DNA of 64,000 nt. Source: Takakia lepidozioides. Taxonomy: Eukaryota > Plantae > Bryophyta. The notes beneath the pieces are model-generated. The model saw only the letters and a program-made list of their open reading frames with translations, did not search any database and was not told the DNA's origin. How positions within the stretch are numbered: position 1 is the first letter of the stretch; every line of letters starts with the position of its first letter. The DNA lies in assembly GCA_030704615.1 (NCBI GenBank), contig CM060731.1, forward strand, positions 66,154,001 to 66,218,000, in the 5' to 3' direction. Made by a program: the position numbers and the translations under genes. This document shows positions 24,962-37,400 of the stretch, piece by piece.

Positions 24962-25492
24962 CTAGAGGAATGGTAAAATCTTGGACTTGCTTAGAGTTGG
25001 AGGAAATCCAAAATCCGGCGAATGGTACTTTGCCAAATATTCGGCTTTTCGTTCTTGACTCATATGATTTATAGGTCGATAATGCCCAACACCTTGAACT
25101 TGGGACCACGCAGTGATTTGAGCATTCTGATTTTCGAAGTTGTCTTCAAACATAATTTCGTTGCCCTCTGGGTTTGAAGCCTCAACTTCCAACATGATTA
25201 TCAGACTAGTTCGAGAAGACTTCATTTGCTGTCGTACGGGGTTCAGATGAGGAAGTACACGTCGCCTTGGTGGCCCATCGTCTCGAGGGCGTCGGCGTGA
25301 TGTTGAAGGTTGTAAGAGTCGGAACGGATGGTCTGGTAGTTGGGTAAGCGACAGATCCAATGCATCTGCTTCCTGTGACTCTATGCTGCCAATACAAGAT
25401 GCAAGAGTGCTGAAAGTGTAGCTATATATACTGGTGGGTGGTGCTCCTACCTCCTTAGCATGTATCAAGTACACTGAATGTAGAGTCTTCAC
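24962..25492 (-). CDS. extra 3' ORF of the chromovirus (between pol and PPT), 176 codons, unknown function
   Basis: Uninterrupted sense ORF after the chromodomain; its TAG stop overlaps the PPT; non-ATG start. Confidence 0.4.
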   Translation of the reverse strand: MKTLHSVYLIHAKEVGAPPTSIYSYTFSTLASCIGSIESQEADALDLSLTQLPDHPFRLLQPSTSRRRPRDDGPPRRRVLPHLNPVRQQMKSSRTSLIIMLEVEASNPEGNEIMFEDNFENQNAQITAWSQVQGVGHYRPINHMSQERKAEYLAKYHSPDFGFPPTLSKSKILPFL

Positions 25493-25780
25493 ATTGAAGC
25501 TAACCTGGCTGACATCATCGTTGTGATGTCTTATTGACGTGTAGTTCGGGGCTCAGCTGGATATCATTGATTAGACTTTTGGAGTTTCTCAGATGCATTG
25601 GCGAGGTTGGATGAAGGTTCCACGTTCGTTCGCTGATGTCGAAGCCTTTCCAATGTACAAAATACTCAAGATGTTTACTCTTGATGCGAGAGTCTAAGAC
25701 TTCGTCGACTTCATATTCAATTTCCTGATTGACTTCAATCGGTAGAGGTGGTACATAAACTCGTCCGGGGATACTTGAGT

Positions 25781-26531
25781 TGTCGCGCACCTCACTTCGG
25801 TAAGTTCCCCTTCAAGTCATAGTTACTCGCTTTGATGCGCGCGCCTAATTTCCAACCTGGCCGCTGGGCCAACTTGGAGCTTCGGCTGCTCACCGGGGCA
25901 TAACGGTCCCCCTTTAATCTCCCAAAGAACCCTCCACCGATTTGGGCCCAGCGGGAATTCCCTTTGGTAGTTGGCAGTCCGGAACAGCTCCCCACTCTTT
26001 GGTCGCTTTCCGGCTCGCTCGCTTACTCACTAGTTTTTGGTCACCAACGGGCTTGCACCGTTCTCGGGGTTACTACTCCCTATATATACTTCTGTAGCTG
26101 TCCGCGGGGGTTTCACAAACAACCATGCCATTTTATGGCGAACCACCACGAAAACCCTCGACTCCCGGTGATGAGTCGCGGTGAGTCTTGGCCCACCCAC
26201 CACGGCCCCTATGGACCGTGATGAGTCCCAAGACTCCCCACGACTCCCACCACGAGGTCTCCGCCCCAAGGTGAGTCCTATGCCACCCCCACTAAGTCCC
26301 ACTAAGCTACCACCACCCCTTTGTGAAGCCACCCCCACCCCTTTGTGAAGCCACCCCCACCGCATCCCGGTGTGCGGGGCTCCACCTAGTGAGCACCTCC
26401 GCCTCCTTGAGTGCTTTGGGCACTCAAGGGTGCTTCAGCCCCCCGTACCTATCGCTGCCACTGCCCCCACCACAGGGGCAGCCCCTCATGTGTCCCGACC
26501 CCCCCTGCCCTCAAGGCAAAGGGCCGCGACA
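25781..26531 (+). mobile_element. solo LTR (copy 1), inserted in the chromovirus integrase
   Basis: Termini TGTCGCG…CGCGACA, 5-bp TSD TGAGT (25776-25780 / 26532-26536), internal TATA-like ccctatatatac. Confidence 0.92.
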
Positions 26532-28505
26532 TGAGTGATACAACTCTAATAATGAGACATGAAAGACTGGGTGGATGCGCATACTTTGTGGAAGTTCAAG
26601 CCTGAAATTAACCGGATTTATTTGTCGGATAATTTTGAATGGTCCCAGGGTTGATAATCCAACTTCCTTGATGGTCGCGTGGTTTGTATGTCCCGTCGAA
26701 GAAGCCATACACGATCTCTGACCTTGAACTGGGGTTGGAGTTGACGATGTTGATGTGCATACTCTTTGTATTGTTTTTGAGCTTCTGCGAGGTGGAATGT
26801 AAACTTCTTGTGAATCGTATGAAGATGAGTAGCAACAGTCTTCATGTTGAAAGGGTCGGCTCGAGGGTGATGACCATAATTGGAGAAAAATGAAGTTTGC
26901 TTCGTCGATGAATGTGTAGTGTTGTTGTAGGCAAACTTAGCCAATGACGTTTTTCTTTCTTGTATCATAGACATCTATACCTTCTTCAAATTATCTAATA
27001 TGTACATACTCTATCGCCACTCTGATATGAAGTCTGAACCATATTAGCTTAGTACACTTAACCGTGAGCGTTTTTCAAGTTTGGTGAATGTCTTCGCCTT
27101 TGTGAGGATTTTTTTTTTTTTTTCATGCTACGAGTGATCCTTGAATCGATTCATGTGAGTTAAACTTTTCAGATGGACAAGAAATACTCTAGAGTACCTA
27201 CCTTCCCGTATGAGTGGAATAATTAACATATTAATACGTGACAGTTTTTTTTACAGATGAATCTTTGCTCATATAACCGGTGGCTTTTGAAATGCGCTCA
27301 ATTGTGGAGTTGGCCCTGATCAAGGAATCGATCACATTAGAGGAGTTGTAATCAGAGTTGGGGGGGGGGGAGATTTTGAGATTTCATCGAGGACTGGTTG
27401 TACAGATTAATGATATCCATACTAAGTTAAGATCAGCCGGTCACTTTTCTGGGAAGTTGACAAAACTCATTAAGTTGCACAACACCCTGTCTTGCTTGGA
27501 GTATCGGCATGACAAAGATGGTATAAATATCTGATTGCAGAGATGTATCATCATGTCATGTTGCAATTGTACACCTTGTCAAATCTACCAGGCTGAACCA
27601 ATAATATTTACAAGCTGATCGATTGATTGATTGAAACTACTTGTTGCTACGTTTTTGCATCTCTACACTTCATAATTAACTTGTCGCATCGATCAAGCTC
27701 GTAGAAACTACTACGAAGTCCCCTAAGAAGTTTCATCAAAGGAGGTTTATTGATGGAGAAGTTTCCAAGTTAGACAAAGGTTTATTGATGGAGAAGTTTC
27801 TTTAAACAAAGGAGGTATCGCGATGGAGAAGTTCCCTCCAGAGGAAGCTTCCTGAGTAGTTTTCAAGTTACTCTCGGTAATTTGATAAATTCCCGGTAAC
27901 TCGGTAATTAATGGTAACTTACGGTAAATCAGGGTAGATCACGGTAAATCATGTTAAATCATGGTAAATTTCGGTAATTTGGTCACTTCTGGTATTTACT
28001 CTTGGTAAGCTCTTCTGGGCTATGTCCGTGATAGTAGATGTGGTTGGAGAATTAAGGACTAGCCTAATTTTGGGTCTTGGTGCCTTGTCCAGTAACATGA
28101 TCAATCGAGTATGCTGATGTGTAAATGAGGAAACTTGCAATCTGTTCAACTTATAGGACGAAACCACCTAGCTGGTGTGATTATGTGCTAATTACATAGC
28201 ATGTGTGTTTGTTTGTGTTAATGCTATATTGTTTCTTTTGTGCTTAAAGCAATCGTACTAGACGGATCAGACTTCGTTAGAATTCAGCGGGTTGAATTGA
28301 TGCTCAATACTTGGTTATAGCCTTATGTGGTAAGAGAATTATTTTGGAGGGATATAGAGGCATCTTTATTTTGGGGTTGATCATATTATATTGGGTACTG
28401 CATAGGTTGACGGTTGCTTTGTTCCAACATTGCTTTGCTATAATAATTAACCTTCATTTGGTACTACATGAGACTCATGGCTGCATATTGCATTGCATCA
28501 TGCAT

Positions 28506-29229
28506 TGTCGCGCACCTCACTTCGGTAAGCTCCCCTTCAAGTCATAGTTACTCGCTTTGATGCGCGCGCCTGACTCCCAACCTGGCCGCCGGGCCAACTC
28601 GGAGCTTCGGCTGCTCACCGGGACATAACGGTCCCCCTTCGCTCTCCCGAAAGACCCTCCACCTATTTGGGCCTAGTGGAATTCCCTTTGGTAGATGGCA
28701 GTCCGGAACAGCTCCCCACCCTTTGGTCGCTTTCCGGCTCGCTTGCTTACTCACTAGTTTTTGGACACCAACGGGCTTGCACCGTTCTCGGGGTTACTAC
28801 TCCCTATATATACTTCTGTAGCTGTCCGCGGGGGTTTCACAACCAGCCATGCCATTTTATGGCGAACCACCACGAAGACCCTCGATTCCCGGTGGTGAGT
28901 CGCGGCGAGTCTTGGCCCGCTCACCACGGCCCCTATGGACCGTGATAAGTCCCAAGACTCCCCACGACTCCCACCACGAGGTCTCCGCCCCCATGGTGAG
29001 TCCTATGCCACCCCCACTAAGTCCCACTAAGCTACCACCACCCCTTGTGGAGCCACCCCCACCGCAACCCGGTGTGCGGGGCTCCACCTAGTGAGCGCCT
29101 CTGCTTCCCTGAGTGCCTTGGGCACTCAAGGGTGCTTCAGCCCTATACCTATCGCTGCCGCTGCCCCCACCACAGGGGCAGCCCCTCATGTGTCCCGACC
29201 CCCTGCCCTCAAGGCAAAGGGCCGCGACA
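28506..29229 (+). mobile_element. solo LTR (copy 2)
   Basis: Same sequence family, termini TGTCGCG…CGCGACA, TSD TGCAT (28501-28505 / 29230-29234). Confidence 0.92.
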
Positions 29230-30142
29230 TGCATTGCACTGGAGTTACAAGGCACTTTAGAGGACGACTCTAATTGTACTAACATTTCCCGTTTGCATCC
29301 ATTTAGCTGTGCATGCAAGCATGGTGCTCATATTTGGACCTTGGTGTATAGGCTTTGGCTGACCACCACATTGTGTCATAATTGCATTTGCTGCCCTTGT
29401 GGTTGAGGCTACTGCCCCAAGGCTATGAGGCCAGCAATACCTACATCCACGTAGAAGCATTTAGGAGCAGTAGTCCCCTTTCAGCCAGGGGTGTATACAT
29501 GGGGAGTGTAGGATTCCATTGGATTCCTGCCTTCATGTGCAGCGTGCTCACACGCATGGGCTACCAACTGGGGTAGCTCCGTGGGTTTGAAATGCGCCGA
29601 TACAAGGCTACTATGGGTGATAGATGAAGGTGAAGGCTGGTGTACTTGATTCAGACTTCGCCAAAACAATGAGAGAATGCGGTCTGGCTGCTGTACACGT
29701 GATTTCCATTTTGGGAGCCTTGGATTTGAGAAAAACTTAGCCAAAACAATCAGAGAAAATGGTGGATGCTACTGTGCACATGAATGGCACTATCAGGCTG
29801 GCCTTCTCCTTCAGCAAAACTGCTCCCACCCATGCAAATTTTTGACCCCCTTCACTTTGACCAGCAGCCAATAAAAAAAAATGATCCCAATTTCTGCATT
29901 CTATGGCTCATCAGAAGCCCGATGTGCTGGACAACACCTCTGATCAGGATGAGGCCAAACGAATTTCATCCCATCAATGAAAACTGCAATCTATTCCAAT
30001 TTCTCTAATTTGTTTTGGAAAGGGGCCGCCCCACACTTGGCCACTTGGCAATGGCGTTTCTCTAACTTTTGCTTGATTGCCGTGGAAATTTCCAGGTGTC
30101 CGCAAGGGGTAGGTGCGGTCACAACGCCCGGTCAATTTTTCC

Positions 30143-31430
30143 TCGAGGAAGGTATGTCTAACACGCAGGCACGATCGCTGTCAATCTGGAGCTCAAGCAG
30201 TGCTTCTCTTAGTTCTGCACTGACCATTGATCAAGCTCAGAGTCAAGTGAGATGATCTGCTAGATTATCCGAGATTTGGAGCGGTATACTCATCTAGTGG
30301 CCAACATAGGTTTCTTTTCCGCCGAGGTCTGCATTTTCTATGTTCTGGTAGGAAGGAACTCTGGAGGAATCATGGATTGCTCCATGAGGGTGGTGATGTG
30401 TGAGGTTGTGGAGCGTAGGTGTCCCGAGAACTAAGCAACCATGGTGATGAAGTTGTACGGCGTCGACACTCCCAACGTTCGGCGAGCGCTGCTTGCGCTC
30501 TACGAGAAAGAGGTAAAGTCTTAGACGAAAAGCTAGTTGATATTGTTTGTATGATCACAACAGTGAGACGGATGTTCTTGGACAAATCTGAATGTATGAC
30601 GGTTCTATCAATTGCAAAAGTGGGAGTCCACAAGTCTGCACTTCCAGGGTGAACTTGGGTGAGGTTGTTGGGGACGTTGCTTTTTTTCAGCAAGCGTCAA
30701 CTGACTTTATGTAAACATCATTGGCGTACATGTTTTGAATGGTGTTGAAGGTGGACGACTTTGAATACGTGAAGGTGAACTTTCTAGACGGAGGAACCAG
30801 GAAGTCCTCTTATCTCGCTGTGCCAGTAAGTTTCTCTGCTGGATCCTCTGAGAGACATGCAACTTGGAAAAAATGTGTAATCACTGGTAGACATAGTTCA
30901 AATGCAGAGAATACTAGTACCCATCCTGGTGTTGATTGGGGCAGCAGTCCACCTCGATACATGCTATGGACCTGGATACGTTTATATCACTCAAGTGCTC
31001 AAGAGCCACCTGTCATCGGATGTCTCATTTAAGGGAAGTTCCAAACTGTGCCTGCAGTATGTGTTCTAAACGTCACATTGGCCTGAATCTTTGTCTGTTG
31101 CGCCTCTCACAATCTCTTTTGTAAATGGGATTTGGGGCTTGGTACCTAGGTTATTTAGCACTTGGCATGTCACATGTGCCTCCTACTTGTTTTCTTCCTC
31201 CTCGGAGGGTTGTTGGTTCTATTGAGTAAATCTCTTCCTTTCCCAGCTGCGGGGCCAAAAAAAAAACTCATGCTAGCTAACGATTCCATGACTGCCAAGT
31301 GTGGCCCACTTACAAACGAGATCATGTGACCCATTGAGCTGTATCTACAAAGGTCATCTGGATCACATCGAAAGGGATCTCAATAGAAAGTATCTTTGGG
31401 ATGGAGAAAAACAGAAATGGTCTCACGGAC
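30143..31430 (+). pseudogene. segmental duplicate of the GSTF promoter, exons 1-2 and part of intron 2 (copy of 6225-7652)
   Basis: Highly similar to 6225-7652 with small deletions; ATG at 30441, exon 1 30441-30512, exon 2 30751-30825; exons 3-4 absent. Confidence 0.92.
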
Positions 31431-31688
31431 TCAGGTAGTCCGTCCAAAGTAAAGATGGATCATGGTGTGGTTACAACACTCCCTAGTCGACAGGGCCTAA
31501 GTATAAATTGGCACACTCAGTTTCATTGATGATGGTGGGGTATGTGGCCTCATTACGCCGATACAAGATTGGATGGCTAAGCCAAAATTGGTCAATAGTT
31601 TTGAAATTAGTGTCAAGGAAGGGAAAGACATTAGGATCTTCTGCTTGGGCTGCCCTTTGCCTATGCATCACCTTTTCGTTTAGATTTA

Positions 31689-31750
31689 GAATCTCATATA
31701 CTGATGGTGCTGGTCCTGCACTCATTGTGATAACTTTTCAGTGGGAAGGG
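31689..31750 (+). repeat. ~60-bp dispersed repeat, inverted copy at 63348-63407
   Basis: gaatctcat(at)actgatggtgctggtcctgcactcatt(g/t)tgataactt(t/c)tcagtgggaaggg matches the reverse complement of 63348-63407. Confidence 0.85.
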
Positions 31751-34406
31751 TCGAACTAGAATCCAATGCTCCCTCTCCACCCTCTGTGCGTTCCATATTG
31801 TAGCCTGTCTATTGAGAGAGCCTTGCTGCCCAGAGATTTGTGGAGGAGGCTGACACTGTGCTGTGGTCTGGTTGAAGACTGCCGTCCAACTGCTTTCTTC
31901 CTTTTCCCACACAAGAGTGAAACATACATTGTCAATTCCATTTACAGGTATTGCACATATGTGAAACAATGACAACAAATGGGTGCTGAAGAATGCTGAC
32001 CCAAAACTCCTGAAGTCTGATCCAGTGAACATCCCAAATGTGACACTCTTGACAGCAAGTACAACTCTGTAGGCCCAATCTGCATCTCTGGACCATCCTA
32101 CATAGCAAGCCAACATACATTTAGTGTCCAGAAACAGAAATGTAAAGAGTCTGTGGTCCATGGCAAGTTAGATTAATGCCTTGCACTACTTCGCCTAGGA
32201 GGCTATTTAATATAATCAAGTCGTTACGAATCTCGTCTCAAATTTTTGGTAGTTGCAGTTATCTTAGTACGAGTCCAGGGAAGCTGACCGGATCTCTGTA
32301 GGAGACCAGTTTAGTCTAGCACAACTCCACCACATGTTGAGGAACATCATATGTCTGTGGCTTGCCCTGAATATAGTGACAGATTTGACTTCTGTGGCTG
32401 GCGGGCCATCATTAGTGACCAATACGACACTTGTGGTTCAAAACATTTCTTTTCCAATCTTCAATGGTCTCTGTTTCTTTAGTGCTCGGAGAACCATTCA
32501 AAGCACACCCGATTGAGAATGACTGTTATTGTGACATGAAGGCCTCTGGTCAAACATTCGTAACATCATCTATTACAAGTCCTTTTCTTGATCACAAATA
32601 GATCTATACTAGCCATATTAGCCATATCCAACCTTCCAATAGGTACACAACAGCTACAAAGCCTCCCTACAAAGCCCTAAACTTGCAGAGGAACTCCTGC
32701 ATGTTTGTTTCTGCCGAGCACCCCTAGAATAAAGTGCGATGGTGCCAACTTGGATAACAGGGGTGACATGGACCATTACTGGGACCGCATGCCATCACTT
32801 GATTTGTGTAGCTACTAATTAGAACAGAAATTAGAGCATATGATTTATAGCAACCTCTAGCATGAAGAGAAAAAAAACAACCACTATCTCTTAAGAAAGA
32901 TGCAAATTTATTATCACCTCAACCCTGGACTGAAGACTTCCTCCAACTACCTTCCCCCACTCAGAGAGCTCATGTGCCAGTAGAATTTTTCAGGCTTTGC
33001 ATTCACTGTAGAAAGGCCAATTTTTATTGTTTTCGACGGAAAAGTTCATAATGACTGATGCGTTTAGCAAAGTGCCAAACATGAGGAGTCCACTGATAGC
33101 CCGGAGCACGTTGTTGAGCTGATGCCCTGGGTACTCCTCTTCATGCAGGGCCTTCTTCAGTTCATGGCAACCAGCTTCATTCTCGATTGCCGTTCACCAA
33201 ATTTGTGGTATTCTTTGTCTCCCCCATTCGCTTCTTTCTATGGTTGGTTTACTGGAGCTATTTATGGAGAATCCACTAGCAAAGCATACATAAAAGGAGC
33301 CCAGGTTAGAAAAAGCACTAGTCCTTTTAACAGCCTTCAAACTTCTCTTGCTGGGAAAAAGGTGCAAGGTACAAGACCTATGGACTATGAACCACGATTC
33401 CGGGACTTGCACTTTCCTCTGACATTGAAATGTTCTTTCTTCTTTCTTCTTCAACCTCCATCCCACCCTGCAAAATACCTGGTTGCTTAACGACACGAAT
33501 AGGCTTGTGAAAACCAGCCAAAAGGGATCAATGATTCTCTAAGTCATGATGTTGTCTACAGCAGCATAATGTGAGCCATTTTAGGCTCGCACGGGCTTAA
33601 GCTAAAGAGTGCTTGCAGTGTTTCAGCCTAAGAATCGTCCCAGCAATCTAGAACTTCGATCCTCAAATTGTAGAGCCTTACTCACCAAAGTAATGTGTTG
33701 CTTTTTCCAAAAATATTTTGTGGCATAGGTTCATCAGAAGTCCCAGTCAGCAGCTGTGCCCACATGTAACTCCCCACCGCTCTAGCAAAGAGACAGGTAA
33801 GCAGGGGACTAGGTGCACACCCACTAAGCTGATGGCATGCTCCAAGTTATGGCCATAATAGTGCTAATCTAGGGTGCTCTGTGCAACATGCACAATGAAG
33901 TCATGGACAGAGCAGAGAAAGGACCAAGGATGAGTTGCGCACCTTGTTTATTGAGAGTAACCTGCACATCTTCTCAAATACAAGTCGTAGTTAAGGTCGC
34001 TGAAACTTCGCAGTCACATCTTAGACCACAGTCAAACGGACAACTGAATTTTACTCAGGATCACTTCCTTCTAAATCCAGGAGCTTGACCTAGACACCTA
34101 TTTATACAGCACACAAAGCAGACACCTGGATGTGCATGCTAGTCATCCCTCTACACATCCCATGGTATCGTATACCAAGCACATTTTATTGCACAATTTG
34201 CCAAATAAAATTCTCATCTCATGTGCATCTAGCCACTAAGAGATATTTGAGATCCCCACATTTAGACACATAAATGGGGGCAATTTATGACTGTACAAAT
34301 CAACAACTAATCTCTAAATCACTTTTTAACCACTGGTCCTGTCCTGCCTTGGAACTCAGTGCTGTCTGAAGAAGTGTAAATTCATTGGAAAAAGTGGCCA
34401 CACAAG

Positions 34407-37400
34407 TCATCCTTGCAGCAACGCAAGTAGCTTCGAAAGCTCTTCATCATTGGCACCCTGGTTATCATTGTAGGATTGATATGATGACATGGACACTGGA
34501 TTACTAAAGAAAGACTGAGACTTGTGGTTGATGGAAAATTTTGATGGTTGGGGAGAAAGGCTGTCAAAAGAACTCCCATTAGAGTAAGAGGTAGAACTGG
34601 CATTAAATGTAAGGGAAGAAGGGTGTGAGGAAGTTATGGATGGGGGAAGAGAGAGAGAATGATAGGGATGCACAGAGGAGGAAGCAATAACAGGCTCAAA
34701 ATAGGAAACAGGGTTGGCACCTGATAAAAGACCAGAATCAAGACTCTGAGGAACAAAATCCCGATAATTTGAAAAACGGGTGCCATGATCCTGATTGGCC
34801 GACAGGCGAGTCCCACTAGCTGTACTGAGAGGTGGTGCACTATTTTGAGAAATAAGGCGATTACTGGTTTCAGACAAATGTTGGCCCGTGCTAAAAGAAT
34901 CCAACTGCGGAGAGCCTGTGTGTTCAGCCAAAAACTGGACCCCGTCCATAGAGGGTTGCACAGCATTCTCAGTTGGGTGCCCAACAGAAACCACTGCCAG
35001 CGGGGGCAGCGACCAGGCATGCTGTGGCACTCCCATTGAATGGGAAGCTAGCACTTGTAATTCTTCCTTAGGCAAGCCTAAAGCGCTACTTGAAGATGCT
35101 GAAGACACAGGGCAAGATACTGAAGAAGGTCTAGAAGAATTCAGCTTGCTAGGTTCATCATTGTAGTCAATATGTGCTGTGGCTTGCTTGACTTCTACTT
35201 TCTTGCCCCAGAATGCCAGATAACGCCGACGCACAGCAATCTCAGCATATTTGGGATCCTCAAACACCACAAAACCAAAACCTCTTGAACAGGACTTCCC
35301 GTCAGCATCAGTACCACAGATAACCACAGCATCCACAACTTTGCCAAATTCATGGTCGAAAAATTCCCAAAGCTCATCACCTTGGATGAAGTGAGGCAGC
35401 CCACCCACAAAAACTTTTCTGGCACGTATATTATCATTACTGTTGTCGCTACTTCCAGTTGAGACAAAAGAGTTGGATCCAAAAGGACCCACATCACTTT
35501 TTACCTCTGGTCGGATGCTTGAAGATGCAGAAAATGACCCCCGCAGCTCTCCTAGTCCATGTGCAAATGTACATCTCGAACCATGTGGACATCTTCCTGT
35601 CTTTTCAAGATGTGTACATAGCTTAGTCTTAAAATTTCTCCTGGCTTGATCAGCTCCCTCTCCATCCCCTTGATCTGCTCCAGTCCTCATTTCTAAACTA
35701 TCAATCCTATCAGCACTAAGAAGTTCATCCCTGGAATGAGCAAAATGACATTTGTTTCCAAAGCCACAACCCTCACTAGATGCAAAAAACCGGCACATAA
35801 CAGTCTTATATTGAGGCAAATTGACTGTTTCCTTTCGGCCGCCAACTTGCCCCATCTCTTGTCCACTAATGAACTGGGTCTGTACAGCTAACCACTCAAA
35901 TGGATTTCCATCTTGTGAAGAACCCGACAATGAGGGGAGAGGGGGTGAAAGAGAGGGAGATTGAAGCAATAGTGAGGGTCCCAGTTGCGAAGAGATGGTT
36001 GTGCTCGAAGTAAGCCAAGGCTGAGTAGAAGGATGTGATGGGAAGTGCGAGGACGGATGCATGAAACCTGGGGATGAAGCCTCTGAAAGTGAAGAAAATT
36101 GCGATTTGGACTCAGGTTGCAGAGGAGCAAGACAGAAAACAGAAGCCGATTGGGGTGAGGCTAGAGCAAGGGATGCCAAAAGAGTCTCCCACGATTGCTC
36201 TCTAATAGTTTTGTTGTCCAGCATCAGCAATGCCCGCATCTCAAGTGAGGGAGACAACTGCAAGGGTTTCTGGTTTCGTAGACTAGCGACATTACGATTA
36301 GCCCCATGCTTCAGAAGCAATGCAGTACAGCGCAAATGGTTGTTCTTCACGGCATAATGCAGTGGTGTCTCTTTTGTGGCTGCCATTACATTCACACCCC
36401 CGGCATCCTTATCCAAAATAAGCGAAAGAGCCTCAAAATGTCCATGTCCGGCTGCAGTGTGCACAGGAGTGGCTCCAAGCTTGTTCCCAGTCAACACGTT
36501 CGCGCCAGCATCCAATAATCTGGTAACAACACGTGCATTGACAGTCCGCTTGTTCATAGGAGTGGCTTGCCGCAGAGCCCAATGGAGTGCAGTATTGCCC
36601 TCTGCATCACGGTCATTGACAGGGGCACCAGCATCCAACAAAAGGAAAACCAGGGTTTCATCATTGCCCTGAGCAGCCCTTAGTAGAGGTGGAAGATAGA
36701 GACTCTGGGTGTGCGCACACAACCTGGGCCCAAATAAGAGCAAACATTCTAGAAGCTTTCTTGCAATCTCACAATTACTCCCTACACCATTCCCCCTGGC
36801 TCCACCATAATCATCCAGTAATATAGGCTTCCTAGACTTCGAGGTTACTTCTTCCAATTCAGCTGAATCTTCCATAGATTTGAGCCCGGAAAAACTCTCA
36901 TCCCATTTGCTGAAGTCTTTTAAATGCTCGGTATATGAGGTGCTGCCTGCCCATTCGTCCAAGCTACCGCTGTGCTTAGTATCCAACCCAAAATCCTCAT
37001 CTGCATCAGCTGAAGACTTTCTGTACAAGCCAAAGCCAGCCCATACATCCCCTCCATATTCTCTAACGTAAGAATTATTCTTCGCAGGTTTTTCGGCAGG
37101 CTTACTTGAACAGCAAGAAGTTGAGTGTGCTAATGCCATCCCTAAGAGCAAATCCACAAGCGTTCCCCCTATAAAATCATCAGGGGCATCTACCTTCCTT
37201 ATAACCAGACTCACCCTGGGAAGCTCCACCTTTTTAACCGCAGCATCTACTACGGTATCTATCTTCTTAGCCACTGCATTTACCACGGCATCTGCCTTCT
37301 TTTCAAACGAATTCACGACAGAGCTCCTAGCAACCAGCAACAAGGCAACAAAAGGGGCCATCTTCAAGCCTCGTGCGAGCCTGAAGGCAATTGGAACCAG

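Larger units (their letters stand above)
24831..28033 (-). mobile_element. Ty3/Gypsy chromovirus (Tcn1-like) LTR retrotransposon remnant
   Basis: Integrase C-terminus ([14 protein letters not shown]…GPFKII…[20 protein letters not shown], ~26945-26537) and chromodomain (EYEVDEVLDSRIKSKHLEYFVHWKGFDISERTW, ~25775-25560). PPT agaggaggggtga (24963-24951) is followed by an LTR starting TGTCACGGACATAGCCCAG at 24950; a second LTR copy starts at 28033. gag/RT are missing. Confidence 0.88.

Noticed and set aside
25792-26605. ORFs within the solo LTRs (also 28548-29318 and 44410-44595)
   Set aside because: Chance ORFs in a GC-rich LTR that vary in length between copies.
34634-37071. Short ORFs overlapping or antisense to the ANK-CCCH-RRM gene
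   Set aside because: Shadow ORFs of a long coding exon.
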